Positions 38,301-48,377 of a stretch of 64,000 nt of DNA are shown in pieces. Positions within the stretch are counted from its first letter, which is position 1. Each line of letters starts with the position of its first letter. A program made the position numbers and the translations under genes. The stretch comes from a virus. Location: the IMG/VR virus record IMGVR_UViG_3300025362_000007, positions 6,852 to 70,851 of that record. One strand, given 5' to 3'. The notes under the pieces are model-generated. The model was not told the DNA's origin, ran no database searches, and worked only from the letters and a program-made list of their open reading frames with translations.

Positions 38301-39108
38301 CAGCTTTGTCTAAAGTTATAGTGTCTGAGGTTGCCGTAACTACAGAGTATTCTCCATAATTTACAACGCCTTCAATTAATACCCTCATCCCAACAACTAT
38401 ATCAGTAAATTTACCCACGGCTGTAACTGTGCTTCCTGAAAATGTAGCCATAAATGTACTTCTAATTCTTTCTATAGCAACAGAACCTTTGATAATAAGT
38501 TGTTCCAAAATAGTAGGTTGGTAGCCTAATACATATAATTGATGTAGAAATATTTCTGCATCTGCACCTTCACCTGTTGTAGTGGTGAAATCATTTCCAC
38601 CATATGAAGGGCTCATTTTTGTAGTGCCATATACTACAGGAACAATTGCATATTGCTCACCACTATTTCGCTTGCCTTCCATAGTGTGTGTAGGATCGAT
38701 AGCTTGGGTAGAATCATAAAGACGGCCAGCACTTATTCCCCCAGAAACAGCGCCAATAACACCTCCAATAATTCCCCCTATTAGAGCTCCAGGAGGCCCA
38801 AAAATAGCCCCAATACCAGCGCCTGCCCCAGCGCCTCCTAGTAAACCAACCCCTATACCTTTAAAGATAGTTCCTATACGCCCTTCTCCTGCTGGAAATG
38901 CCCTAATAATAAGTGTATCATTTTCAAATGGAATTATATCATAATCGGTAATAGAAATATCATTAAGAATAACAATACAGTTTTCAACAGGAAGCCCGAT
39001 ATCTTGTAAGTCAAATAACTCCTTAATGGAGTATTGTTGGGCTGTATATTCTTTTATTTCATATTCTACCTTAAAGGGATTGGGCTGTATAATAACTTTT
39101 ACTGACAC
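35350..39108 (-). CDS. Tail tip / host specificity protein (lambda I+J-like)
   Basis: Gly-rich N-terminus, VPVVYG, IKASEQLSG, HNPA, RGDRILVQHD. Confidence 0.85.
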   Translation of the reverse strand: MSVKVIIQPNPFKVEYEIKEYTAQQYSIKELFDLQDIGLPVENCIVILNDISITDYDIIPFENDTLIIRAFPAGEGRIGTIFKGIGVGLLGGAGAGAGIGAIFGPPGALIGGIIGGVIGAVSGGISAGRLYDSTQAIDPTHTMEGKRNSGEQYAIVPVVYGTTKMSPSYGGNDFTTTTGEGADAEIFLHQLYVLGYQPTILEQLIIKGSVAIERIRSTFMATFSGSTVTAVGKFTDIVVGMRVLIEGVVNYGEYSVVTATSDTITLDKAVVSGTESITFSFLENTGIYSDLFIEFRYDGTMPNNYPHQVTQASLNQSCMYNSPIFYTTPASVKEAFVNIGFMSGLIEITNSNKMEATSVKYTIEYKEVTDTEWIVAETNTAKGKTREAYRREAHIYFPVIGRYDMRITRTSTDNVGTGISDNMTLLNVRTYKLDTDGNNINPVATDVASNLVLMALKIKASEQLSGSITDLQTVVTRWVKEYDSTIVSANEEDKWIVRESHNPASMYIDAVTNPLLNQYPIPFDALHFNFPALVAFYEWCDKGNPDVNPDGSVGVNYSCNGLLSTETTLQEELKNIVGVARAEFAIIDGKYTVIHDIPRSTPVQMFTARNMLADSFSASRSYEDIPESIEVTFIDKEAVYTTNTIQIPPDIEKKTDPITLGYIDNYAQAYAIGKYVYNSRLLQDRGYVFTVSLDALVATRGDRILVQHDASLLGLSTGRVKSTTIVGGLISTLLVDEVCTMELGKNYGIVVRTGTTINRYKIDTYNGETNTLILNESVPEGEILAGDLFSFGIAEAEVVDCLITDITYDENGNGRISAVIYNETMYDLGQIPEWESLLTITNEKTPRVDISTYGDVDATLSQIISVQNNSSNVRIFQTRPVPPYTEGDLWLVGSLIYDCAISKRVSTSFEQIDWRLRGSSAFDLLNTDTFNEPNPQHRWEHIGGSALPYNLLQTTAYEVTSGEATRAELLVDDEVDWESEEYLAAVTVDASGLSEVITSGNMTTAHIVGRYGMSGYMGETYTNLVVSPDNPTTQDVVISAGAVVIQCYRGTITTSYGVASYGNPLVFVSTGETLTLTMDSVKYGMLSETAFVPPYISGTFTANYDTFAITSTRLELTTEISNMPDEGVFYGMLQLYGDADNYINLQLMAGGIYIYIKATGGEYAGTQVLAEGAHVFTIDWATTVTLSIDGTNYYYTETGDSYGYTLFDSYGFGPDSYGYDDATLAFATGLTTINIGKVDTTYYNNIVTEIEV

Positions 39109-39484
39109 TGTAATACTCCATTTTTGAAAATCTTTGTAGCTTAGGAGAATTTATGTGTTCAAACACACTATCTCGCTGCTCTGATGTGTGGAGCACACCG
39201 CCTTGCGTGTATACCCCTACATGCACTGGACGACTTCTTCTATAAAAAAGTACTATAGCTAATTCCGTAGGTTCGTCAAGTTTAGTACCCAATAACAAGG
39301 CTCTATCCACTGTAATCTCTTCTTTGCTAGTTTCTAGTGTATAGGAAAAGTCGTATTTAGGCAAGGTATAGCCCTTGGACTTCATATATAAATATACAAG
39401 TCCATAACAGTCACAACCATCATAATTTCTTCCATGTAGTTTATAGGGGATTCCTATGAAGCGTATGTCCATGCTATTCTCCAT
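39071..39484 (-). CDS. NlpC/P60 tail assembly protein (lambda K-like)
   Basis: GIPY...GR...DCYGLV, HVGVY, VLH. Confidence 0.88.
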   Translation of the reverse strand: MENSMDIRFIGIPYKLHGRNYDGCDCYGLVYLYMKSKGYTLPKYDFSYTLETSKEEITVDRALLLGTKLDEPTELAIVLFYRRSRPVHVGVYTQGGVLHTSEQRDSVFEHINSPKLQRFSKMEYYSVSKSYYTAQSL

Positions 39485-39518
39485 TCTAAGGGGGCTGAGA
39501 AGCCCACTAGAGCATTAG

Positions 39519-40010
39519 TTAGAACACTCCAGGGAATCTACTCGGTGTCTTAATAAGATACGGGTAGCGATACTGTAGGTATTCTAAATAAGTTAATTCC
39601 CCAGCTACAGTCGCTCTTGTTACCACTACATTTTTAAGGATATAGTCCCTTGATATTTCTATCCCCGCATCTGAACCAGAGTCAACCGCACTCACATCTA
39701 ATAAATGTTCAGTCATATGAATTTTAGTATTTTGAGGGACACTCAAAGCAAACGCAGATATTCTTCTGTCCACATTATCAATAGTAATACTAGCCCCTCT
39801 AGAACCTTCACTATCTTGGGGAATGATAAATGAAAAAGCTAAGGGTAAATAAGTTTTAGTATTACTTATAATAGCTTGGTGATTGTTTACCATATAAAAA
39901 GTTTCGTCAGTCCCATCAACAGTATACTTTAGTTCTATTAAAGTTAAATATAAATTTTCTATAGATTGTTTTTGTATGTCTTGCTTTACTTCATTACTTA
40001 TTGTTCTCAC
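39519..40010 (-). CDS. Minor tail protein (DUF1833-like)
   Basis: YLPLAFSFIIP, ITIDNVDR, TPSRFPGVF; synteny. Confidence 0.75.
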   Translation of the reverse strand: MRTISNEVKQDIQKQSIENLYLTLIELKYTVDGTDETFYMVNNHQAIISNTKTYLPLAFSFIIPQDSEGSRGASITIDNVDRRISAFALSVPQNTKIHMTEHLLDVSAVDSGSDAGIEISRDYILKNVVVTRATVAGELTYLEYLQYRYPYLIKTPSRFPGVF

Positions 40011-40357
40011 GGTAATATCTCCACACTAAAGGATACCATAAAGTTATCATATCCTGCATTAGATATACTAGGTAGTGATGTAAATCTCATATCAGCACTA
40101 GTATATCTACGGGGGTGAATCCATTCAAAGGAGACTACCCCATTTTTACATTCAGTATAATAAAAAGTATCTAAAATATCAACTTGGGTAGATGTGAGAT
40201 TCATAGCTATGTTGTACCCATAAGGGGTTGCTGTGAATATACTTCTATTTACACTTGGGCCAGAGTCCATTTTTGTGACTAACTTTCCATCTACTCTCTG
40301 TTCGTTATACCCATCTTGGTTTACAAATTGTGGTAATCCACTTGGCCATGTTATCAC
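40007..40357 (-). CDS. Distal tail protein
   Basis: WPSGLP, TKMDSGP, FEWIHP; follows tape measure. Confidence 0.75.
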   Translation of the reverse strand: MITWPSGLPQFVNQDGYNEQRVDGKLVTKMDSGPSVNRSIFTATPYGYNIAMNLTSTQVDILDTFYYTECKNGVVSFEWIHPRRYTSADMRFTSLPSISNAGYDNFMVSFSVEILP

Positions 40358-43300
40358 TATCTTCCCCTTCTTGTGCTACCATATACTTTCTGCATTGGTC
40401 TATCATATTCACCCGAAGCCATCCCTTGCTTGACTGTTTCATGTATCAAGAAATTTAGTGTCTTAGTGCCATCTGAGTTTTCTTTTACTTCTTTTGTTAC
40501 TTTGGCAGAAGTGTTATTTACTACATTTACATATACATTTCCTCCCCCACCACCAGCTATTCCTAATTTACCTGAACTTCCTCTAGTTAATGGCATTACA
40601 GCTTCTGTGCCAGCTTCCCCTATCACGCTTACACCGTATCCTGAACTTCTCATCATAGCTGAATCAGCTAGATACCCTTTGTTAAAAGTATCCCCACTAG
40701 CAGAATAAGAAATCTCTGATGGAGTAGTAGAAGATTCTACTTTACTTTCGGCACTAGTAAGCCCCCCTAAGAATGAAACCAAACCAGAACCAGCAATGAG
40801 TCCTACACCAATCCACTTGGTTGTGGAATCCTCGCTACTCAGCAGGGATAATCCAGCTTGCAACATTAGTTGTGGCATGGCTTTCATTATAGCATCACTT
40901 ACTGTTTGCAAAGCACTGCCCCACGCATCGATACCAGAAGCACCTTCGCCTATGCTAGTACCTAATTGTTCAAAAGCAGGGAGAATAGAACCTTCTAATA
41001 CCTTCTGAAAACTTTCTGCCAGGCCCATCAAAGTATCCTTAAGCTTTACTTCTTCATCCTCTATTTCAGGGAGTAACCCTTTTAATATACGCATAAGTTC
41101 AATTAGCTTTATTAACTCAGGCTTAGATTTCTTGATACTCTCTGGTAAAGCAGCAAAAGCATCAAAAATAGTATCTAAATCTATAAAATCATCTATCTCT
41201 CCTAAAGCGTCCATATCAAACATGCCCGCAAAGTCAATCATAGAAGTACCACTATTTTCGGTAAGTTTACGCATTTTCTCTTGTATCTTACTATACATGC
41301 CCTCTATCTCTAAATTTTCAATATACTCATCGAAAGACTTAGGACTGCCAATCAAGGCTTCTATAAGTGAAGTTTGATCTTCGGGTACACCAAGGGAGTT
41401 ATCGATAAATTCTTTAAGTTGTTTGTATCCAACATAAAACTCTATCCAAGCCTTTGCGCTTCCTTTGCTCATTCCATCTAATGCGCTGGTAATGTCTCCC
41501 GTCTTTGCTTCCACTTCCGCTAAGTACTGCAACTGATGCGCTGTACTGTCTGGGTTAAACTTTGTTTTTTCAATGAAGGCATTAAAAGTCTTTTCAAAGT
41601 CCTTTTTCATATTTCCTATCTTTATGGAGTCAAAATAAGTGGTTAAACTATCCTTGTCCCCTAGCAGAGCTTCTATAAGACTTTTATTGTCCCCAGCATC
41701 CTCTGTTAACTTTTTAATTTTGTCAGAGAAACTTACTACCAAAGCATAAGCATCTTGTGTAGCTTTATCTGCTTCGCCTATGAACCCTTCTAATGTTCCA
41801 GCTTTCATATGACCAAAAATAACATCTATCAAAGACTCATCGCCCGTTACTAGTGTGCCGAGGTCTGCGCTTTCCGCTAATTTGATGGCTAAATCACTAA
41901 TAGCAACTTTTATTTGTCTTTCCAACTTATCTATTTCAGTGGTAGCTAAATCACCCTCAAAAAAAGTAGTAAATAAAGAGATTCTATCTTTATGTGCTAA
42001 CTGCACAGCTAACCTCTCGCCTATTTCAGTAGAAGCATCTACCAATACTTGCACAACATCAGGTATTTTCCCTGTAAGCAACATATCTTCTATATCTGCA
42101 AATGAGTAGTCCAAACCAGCCATTTCTGTGCTAATTAAATCTAATTGAGCCTCTAATGTTTTTATTACATCTTTGTCATCGGAGATACCAAGTAGTTGCA
42201 AAATAGCCCCTTCATATCCAGTTTCGTCTTTTATTTCAAATACTCTATTCTGCATTAAACCAATTAAATCTGTATCAAAATTATCTAAACTAGTTTCATA
42301 AACCTCCAATGCGGTAGAGGCCTTTTTATCAAGAGATGCCTGTGAACCTTCAAAAGTATTAAAGTTTATCTCATTTTTAATAAGTTTATCCTCTACTTCC
42401 TCTCTCTCCTGTTCAATATCTTCCTTGAAATTACTGTATAACATCTTTACTTTATTTCTATTTTCTTGAAGCTTGTTGATTATAGTACTAGTAGTAGCAA
42501 GTTCATTATCGCCCATTGAACTCATTGAGGCAGAATTAACTCCTTCTAAAAAAGTTTCCAAAGGTGAGGCAACACTTAGCCCGCTGTCAATTCGTAATTC
42601 ACGCTCACTAGTCAATTTGCTAGCAGTTTCCAACAATAAATTTCTCCAATTTTCTTCACTTTGTGCCATAAATTCTTCTTTGTTAGGAACTTTAAGCCCC
42701 CCACTAAATAATACAGAAAAATTTTTATCAAATCCAGCTTCTATTAGTGCGCCTATTTCTTTTGAATCGCCTTTTAGGTCGCCTCCAATTAATTCAATAA
42801 CTCTTTTTTTGTACACTTCGTTAATATCAGCTAGTTCCTTGAAAGCCTTATTTAATGCATCATAATCTGCCTCAGAAGATTTGCCAAATCCTATGCCCTT
42901 TAAAATTGGTTTTATAGTGTCATTTATCCTAGAGAAAGTATTTGTTCTACCGTCATCTATCATAGACCTATATTGCTTTGAAGCCACAGAAAAGGCATCA
43001 GAAGCCTTAAAACCAGCCCTCAATTCAGCTAATAATTCTTCTGCTTGTAAAACTCTCCCAATCGCTTCTGCTTGTAAACCATAGGCTTTTGCTGTTTCAA
43101 ACAATCCCTTGTTCATTAAGGGCATATTAGTTTGACTATAGTCTTGTGCATCATTCATTCTTTCAGTGTACTCAGCTAATTTCTTAGCTTTATCCCCTGC
43201 TTCATCTAATTGTCCTTTCAACTTTTTATATGCAACATAAATAGCTGTTGCAGCAGCAGCTACAGCTATAAAAATAGCTAGTACAGGATTAAATGCAGTC

Positions 43301-45057
43301 TGTGCTAATTTCAAAGCAATGTAAGCAGAAGTAACTACTTTAATTCCCCCAGCTAATATTGTTAAAGCAGGCCCTACAGCGGCCAACCCAACAACTAATT
43401 TAGCTATGGATTCTCGTGTTCCCTCAGAAAGTAATCTAAATCCTTGTGACCAATCAATAAATCCTTCTAACATAGATTTTAAATCATCAGTAAATACTTC
43501 AAATACAGAAGCTAAATTAAGTTTCAAGTTGTCTAATGCAGTACTAAATCTACCTTCTAATGTCCTAGAAGTTCTCAGTGTCATATCATGGAATCTACCA
43601 CCAGAAGCAGTTAATGTTACAACAGCCTGATTAACTTGTTCAAAAGATATTTTATTTTGTCTAACCATCTCAAACAAATCCTCACCAGTACCACCAATGT
43701 TCTTCCGCAATTCTTGAAATATAGGTACACCAGCCATGATAAATCTATTTAACTCTCTCATGTGGGCTGTACCCCTAGAACGTACTTTACCAAAACTAGA
43801 GGCAATCCTTTCTAATTTCTCAGAATCACCCATTGCAATATCACCCAACATTCTTAATTCATTCATTACAGCCTCTAATGGGCTACCGAAAGCCAAAAGA
43901 ATCTGCACAGTTTTATCTAAATCAGGTAATTGGAAAGGAGTTACAGCACTAAACTCGACAATTTGTTTATATAATTTAGCTCCCTTTTCCATACTACCAG
44001 TAAGAATACTAAACCTAACTATTTGGCTTTCAATTCCAGCAGCCATTTTCACACCAGCCGCAACAGCCGCCATCATAGCAGGAGTCAACGTTCTAGTTAA
44101 TACTCTACCAGCAGTACGCATACCCCCCGTTAACGTATTCATAGTTGTTTTTAATCGCATCATAGAGTCTCTCTGCATTTTCTGAATAACAAGAGAAGCA
44201 GAAGTTTGCATTGCTAACTTTTCTTCCTCCATTGCTTTCCGTTTAGTAACAAGTATATTTTTCTCTGATACATCAGTTGTTTTCTTAATTGCTACATTAA
44301 GCCTATCAATAGCTTCTTGCTGTGATTTAACTATTACAGTGCTATCACGCATTACAGCCTTGCTAGCTTTATTGGCAGAGGTTACATGGGCTATAAGCCC
44401 TTTGTGTTTTATTATAGTAGAGTTCGCTTGTTTAATTGCTGCGTTGAGTCTGTCGGTGTTAGATACAAATTGTACCTCTTCACCCTTTAGCTCTGAAAGC
44501 TCTTGTTTAAGTTTTTTGATTGTAGCTTCATATTGCAACTGAGTTTTGTTAAGTCTTTCTAATGAACGTAATCTACCTTCGATTCCTTTTAGAGATTCCT
44601 TAACTACTTTATTTTCTGCCTTCATAGTTTTAAGTTGTTCTTTTTGAACTTTATTGCTTTCTTTAATGGCATCTTTTAGTTTATTCTCGGCTACTTTTCT
44701 ATTGGCAGTTTCTGTAGATATTTTCTTAATCATCTTTTCGTTAGTAGAAGATTGACTTCTAGTTAATTTATTATTCTCTTTAGTTATAGCCTGTAATGAT
44801 TTTTCTAATTTTTTATTCTCAAGTATTTGAGATTGAGTACTTCGTTTTTGAGTAGCTCTAAGCCCCTCAATAACTGCCTGTTGTTTTGCTAGTTTATTTG
44901 TTAATTTATCAACAGCTGCCATACCACTATTTTTAGCTAATTTAGTTATAGCTTTGTCTAACTTGTCCATTGAAGTATTTATTTTAGTGAGGGCATTGGT
45001 GGCACTTGCAAACCCTTTGGCACTTATCTCTAATATAACTGTGCTTTTCTCATCCAT
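40357..45057 (-). CDS. Tape measure protein
   Basis: 1566 aa helical; TPFQL, LGDIA, TLEGRFSTALDN; C-terminal GEAGTEAVMPL. Confidence 0.93.
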   Translation of the reverse strand: MDEKSTVILEISAKGFASATNALTKINTSMDKLDKAITKLAKNSGMAAVDKLTNKLAKQQAVIEGLRATQKRSTQSQILENKKLEKSLQAITKENNKLTRSQSSTNEKMIKKISTETANRKVAENKLKDAIKESNKVQKEQLKTMKAENKVVKESLKGIEGRLRSLERLNKTQLQYEATIKKLKQELSELKGEEVQFVSNTDRLNAAIKQANSTIIKHKGLIAHVTSANKASKAVMRDSTVIVKSQQEAIDRLNVAIKKTTDVSEKNILVTKRKAMEEEKLAMQTSASLVIQKMQRDSMMRLKTTMNTLTGGMRTAGRVLTRTLTPAMMAAVAAGVKMAAGIESQIVRFSILTGSMEKGAKLYKQIVEFSAVTPFQLPDLDKTVQILLAFGSPLEAVMNELRMLGDIAMGDSEKLERIASSFGKVRSRGTAHMRELNRFIMAGVPIFQELRKNIGGTGEDLFEMVRQNKISFEQVNQAVVTLTASGGRFHDMTLRTSRTLEGRFSTALDNLKLNLASVFEVFTDDLKSMLEGFIDWSQGFRLLSEGTRESIAKLVVGLAAVGPALTILAGGIKVVTSAYIALKLAQTAFNPVLAIFIAVAAAATAIYVAYKKLKGQLDEAGDKAKKLAEYTERMNDAQDYSQTNMPLMNKGLFETAKAYGLQAEAIGRVLQAEELLAELRAGFKASDAFSVASKQYRSMIDDGRTNTFSRINDTIKPILKGIGFGKSSEADYDALNKAFKELADINEVYKKRVIELIGGDLKGDSKEIGALIEAGFDKNFSVLFSGGLKVPNKEEFMAQSEENWRNLLLETASKLTSERELRIDSGLSVASPLETFLEGVNSASMSSMGDNELATTSTIINKLQENRNKVKMLYSNFKEDIEQEREEVEDKLIKNEINFNTFEGSQASLDKKASTALEVYETSLDNFDTDLIGLMQNRVFEIKDETGYEGAILQLLGISDDKDVIKTLEAQLDLISTEMAGLDYSFADIEDMLLTGKIPDVVQVLVDASTEIGERLAVQLAHKDRISLFTTFFEGDLATTEIDKLERQIKVAISDLAIKLAESADLGTLVTGDESLIDVIFGHMKAGTLEGFIGEADKATQDAYALVVSFSDKIKKLTEDAGDNKSLIEALLGDKDSLTTYFDSIKIGNMKKDFEKTFNAFIEKTKFNPDSTAHQLQYLAEVEAKTGDITSALDGMSKGSAKAWIEFYVGYKQLKEFIDNSLGVPEDQTSLIEALIGSPKSFDEYIENLEIEGMYSKIQEKMRKLTENSGTSMIDFAGMFDMDALGEIDDFIDLDTIFDAFAALPESIKKSKPELIKLIELMRILKGLLPEIEDEEVKLKDTLMGLAESFQKVLEGSILPAFEQLGTSIGEGASGIDAWGSALQTVSDAIMKAMPQLMLQAGLSLLSSEDSTTKWIGVGLIAGSGLVSFLGGLTSAESKVESSTTPSEISYSASGDTFNKGYLADSAMMRSSGYGVSVIGEAGTEAVMPLTRGSSGKLGIAGGGGGNVYVNVVNNTSAKVTKEVKENSDGTKTLNFLIHETVKQGMASGEYDRPMQKVYGSTRRGR

Positions 45058-45407
45058 CTATTTTCCCCCACTATTGGAACGTCTATGATATTCCATTCGT
45101 TCGCCTACATACGAATCAATTATGAACATTTCGTGTAACTCAAATCTCCCTATTTCTACTCCTGTCATTTGTGTATATGCATATGCTTCACTGACTCTAA
45201 AAATACCCTCCGTACGTATAAGCCAATACTGTCTCCATATATTGACACAATACACAGGAGGGATAGCACGATCAAACATACTATCCCTTTCACCCGATGT
45301 TTTCTCGTGCTGTATTAGGTGGTCAGCCAAAGTGCTACCATCTTTTCGAGGATAGCTTAAGTCAACCTTAGCAAAGACAGCTTCTTTTAAAGACTGTCTG
45401 ATACCGC
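45058..45407 (-). CDS. Tail assembly chaperone, frameshifted extension (gpT-like)
   Basis: -1 frame is open from the slippery site: SGIRQSLKEAVF...STLADHLIQ. Confidence 0.75.
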
Positions 45408-45779
45408 TAAAAAATTTGCACGTTCCGTTACAAACTCACTAATTTGGTCTTTAAATTGTGGACTCTCCACAAAAAACTTACGCAAGGCTACTTTGTCTTG
45501 GTTTTTAACCAAATCCTCATTATATTGAAACTCATCCCAAGACTTAACACAAGCAGTAATAAAGTCAAGCAGATACTCATCTTTTTTCCACTCTTTCATA
45601 TGTTTTACAGCCACAAGTTCCGAATATTTTCTACGGGCAAGGGTAACTATTTCAGAATCCATCCCATAAACCACAAATTTTGGTTCTTCGATTTCGAGCC
45701 CTGTTCTAATATCAGTTAAATAAAATTCAACCCCTGTTTCCGATAATTCTTTTACTGAATACTTCCCTAAGTTTACCAT
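45387..45779 (-). CDS. Tail assembly chaperone (gpG-like)
   Basis: Between tail tube and tape measure; ends RANFL. Confidence 0.8.
   Translation of the reverse strand: MVNLGKYSVKELSETGVEFYLTDIRTGLEIEEPKFVVYGMDSEIVTLARRKYSELVAVKHMKEWKKDEYLLDFITACVKSWDEFQYNEDLVKNQDKVALRKFFVESPQFKDQISEFVTERANFLAVSDSL
45408..45417 (-). promoter_or_regulatory. -1 programmed frameshift slippery site
   Basis: A AAT TTT TTA followed by AGACAG/CTGTCT hairpin. Confidence 0.75.
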
Positions 45780-45810
45780 GTTTTTCTCCTATAATTTCTG
45801 CCTGCTATGG

Positions 45811-46983
45811 TTAAGCCATAACAGGATAACGTGTGATACTAATGTTTGTCAATTCTGTCTGGTCGTCTAGTGCTTGGTAATTCATTGTGTTGATAATTGC
45901 AGCATCGCTAGATACTGGTGTGTCAGCAGATGAATATTTAATTCTAGGTAAGCTAATAACATAAGCATTACCTAACTGATCAGTTAATTTCAATTCGATA
46001 GCTGATTCTGTTTCATTTACAAACTTATCATACATTGTACTGTTTGCAAAATAGAGTGTTACACTTCCTGTTGCATTAGATTTCCCACTAGTCATTTGTG
46101 GACAAGTGTTTGCCATTAATACAAAGTTTCTTTCAAATCCATTGTCTAATGAAATTGACAAACTAGCTGTCTCAGCAGTAGCTGTCCCACCTTCCTTAAT
46201 GTAGCCTGTAAAAGCATCAAAAGGAGGATTAGCAACAACGCCAGCAACATCATTATGATATTTAACAGTTCCATTCTCAGCATCTTTAAATAACATACCG
46301 AATGAACCTGTAATCATTGCATTAGGTGAAACATCTAATGCAAATGAATTTATCAGCCCACCTGTATATAATTGGTATTCGGGAACATCAGTGTCAGTAA
46401 ATACTTTCTCAACTTGGAAAGAAGTAACTGTACTGCCTTTTATAATTTTTGCAGTAGTAGTATTAAATACACCTGCCTCTGCTACCGAAGCATCAGCTAA
46501 ACCAGTTGCATTAGCAAAAGTAATCACTAAAGCGGCAACAGCTGTAACTTCTGCTGTAATATTGTCTGCTGTGGTTGTAAGCCCTGTAATGGTGATTATA
46601 TCCCCCACTTTAACTCCGTCAGTTACCCAACTTCCTGTGGCTCTTGTAAATGTTTTATCTAATGCAACCACTGTTACTGCCACAGATAAATCAACATAAG
46701 GAGCAACCCATGCAGAAGCACCTAAAGCCGCTTTCAAAAAATCATCAAAAGCTCCATAGCTAAATTCGTAGGAAATATCACCTGCTGGCTGTTTATTCCC
46801 AAGTCTCATGTCATGAATACCTCTATCACCCCTACGTTCATTAGAAACAAAACTGTCCCTAGATAAATTCAATGAGTCCTCAGTATTACGAACCTCTGTC
46901 ATGTCAAGAACTTCTGGCCCAACACCATATGCAGTTTCCTCAACATAATATAAATCTCTTTGTGCACCTGAACTAAATGCCAT
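45811..46983 (-). CDS. Major tail tube protein
   Basis: GGAGG RBS; YVEETAYG, SNERRGDR, ISLPRIKY; synteny. Confidence 0.85.
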   Translation of the reverse strand: MAFSSGAQRDLYYVEETAYGVGPEVLDMTEVRNTEDSLNLSRDSFVSNERRGDRGIHDMRLGNKQPAGDISYEFSYGAFDDFLKAALGASAWVAPYVDLSVAVTVVALDKTFTRATGSWVTDGVKVGDIITITGLTTTADNITAEVTAVAALVITFANATGLADASVAEAGVFNTTTAKIIKGSTVTSFQVEKVFTDTDVPEYQLYTGGLINSFALDVSPNAMITGSFGMLFKDAENGTVKYHNDVAGVVANPPFDAFTGYIKEGGTATAETASLSISLDNGFERNFVLMANTCPQMTSGKSNATGSVTLYFANSTMYDKFVNETESAIELKLTDQLGNAYVISLPRIKYSSADTPVSSDAAIINTMNYQALDDQTELTNISITRYPVMA

Positions 46984-46997
46984 ATATAACCTCCAAA

Positions 46998-47420
46998 TTA
47001 TCTGCTTGTATAAGCATACCATCTAACGTTAATCGGCACTATGTACCAATTATCTTGAAAATCCTGCGTTGATTCCCACACTGTCTTACATTGTACTGAT
47101 ATTTCACCATTTGTCAATGTAGTCCCAGGAAGAAACAACTCTTTAATCTCTTTCAGGATAGGATTTACCCCACCTCTGCCTGTATTCATTTGTGTGTATA
47201 CGTCTATCTCAAACACACCATCAAACCTAAACTGACCTATTGTCCCTAAACTTGCTTGGGATGGCTCTGCCGCAAATATCATTACTTGAAGAAAAGTTTC
47301 TCCCGATGGAACATAGGAAGTGTTAATAAAATTTATATGGTCAGTAGAAATAGATGTTATTGTGGCTAATTGAGTTTCCATAATAGAAATAACATCACTA
47401 ATTGCTTCACTATATGCCAT
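46998..47420 (-). CDS. Tail terminator
   Basis: GVFEIDVY...GRG, WYIVPINVRW; synteny. Confidence 0.7.
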   Translation of the reverse strand: MAYSEAISDVISIMETQLATITSISTDHINFINTSYVPSGETFLQVMIFAAEPSQASLGTIGQFRFDGVFEIDVYTQMNTGRGGVNPILKEIKELFLPGTTLTNGEISVQCKTVWESTQDFQDNWYIVPINVRWYAYTSR

Positions 47421-47988
47421 TTTGTACCCCATTCATTTTTTGTTTGAATATATCAGCTACTTCAATAGCCACTATCTTTACCATACCACCTGTAGCTTTT
47501 AACGACCATCCACCACTAGTTAATTCAAAAGGTGTGGGCTGTATATAATATGGTCTAATAATATAATCATACACATGCCCTATATACGTACCACCCTCAA
47601 TCATCTCTGCATGATATACTGTATTCTCTATCTTGTATCTCATTACAGGCATCGAACCCTGCACATGGGAGCGTAGAGCTTGTCTAAAACTTTCAGATAA
47701 CTCAAAGGCTTTTTGCCTTGACCAACTCACCGTAGTATTCTCAGTCATATTTGCGTAGTCTATTAACTTTAACTCCGTATCTTCTCCCACATACACTTTC
47801 CAACCACTAATTAAAGTCCCCTTTTTAATAGGAGTGTTGGCAACAACACGAGTGAATGCTTCAATTACTGTTTCTTCAAGGGCTCTTGAAGTTTCTTTTA
47901 ACAACCCCTCACCAATTTTATGTTTAGAAGAGCTTGTTTGCCCCTTATGATCTACTCGCTCATACTTGGCAGTAATCATTATGCTCAT
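47410..47988 (-). CDS. Tail completion / neck protein (HK97 gp10-like)
   Basis: TPIKKGTLISGW, IENTVYHAEMIEGG, WSLKATGGMV. Confidence 0.7.
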   Translation of the reverse strand: MSIMITAKYERVDHKGQTSSSKHKIGEGLLKETSRALEETVIEAFTRVVANTPIKKGTLISGWKVYVGEDTELKLIDYANMTENTTVSWSRQKAFELSESFRQALRSHVQGSMPVMRYKIENTVYHAEMIEGGTYIGHVYDYIIRPYYIQPTPFELTSGGWSLKATGGMVKIVAIEVADIFKQKMNGVQNGI

Positions 47989-48374
47989 CGTCTCACTACC
48001 AACTTATACAACAGCGATACAGTGGAAGGTTTTACTTCATTTACTTTTACCACAGTGTGCTCAGTGCCATCTATGGAAACTGTGCTCCCAATAGCAGGCT
48101 TAGGTATTCCTGATACAAGAAAAATTGAATCATTTTCCTGAACATATCCCTTTGCTTTAAAATAATCACTTATTGTGGTTTGCAAACAAACCCCTTTATG
48201 TGTTACCATAGTAGGCTCGTTCACTTCATTCCCACTCAAATACCATGTGTATGAACTTGTACTAGGATTATATGTTTTTGTATACCCAGTAGGTTTAGTA
48301 GTATATGTAATTACTAAATCACTGTAATTTCCAATGAGGTTGCTTACTGTTTCTGCTAGTTGTGTATAATCCAT
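47985..48374 (-). CDS. Head closure protein
   Basis: Synteny; C-terminal VKPSTVSLLYKLVVRR. Confidence 0.65.
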   Translation of the reverse strand: MDYTQLAETVSNLIGNYSDLVITYTTKPTGYTKTYNPSTSSYTWYLSGNEVNEPTMVTHKGVCLQTTISDYFKAKGYVQENDSIFLVSGIPKPAIGSTVSIDGTEHTVVKVNEVKPSTVSLLYKLVVRR

Positions 48375-48377
48375 ATA

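Noticed and set aside
32191-39108. Diversity-generating retroelement or invertible tail-fibre cassette
   Set aside because: No reverse transcriptase, no invertase near the tail genes, and no template/variable repeat pair noticed
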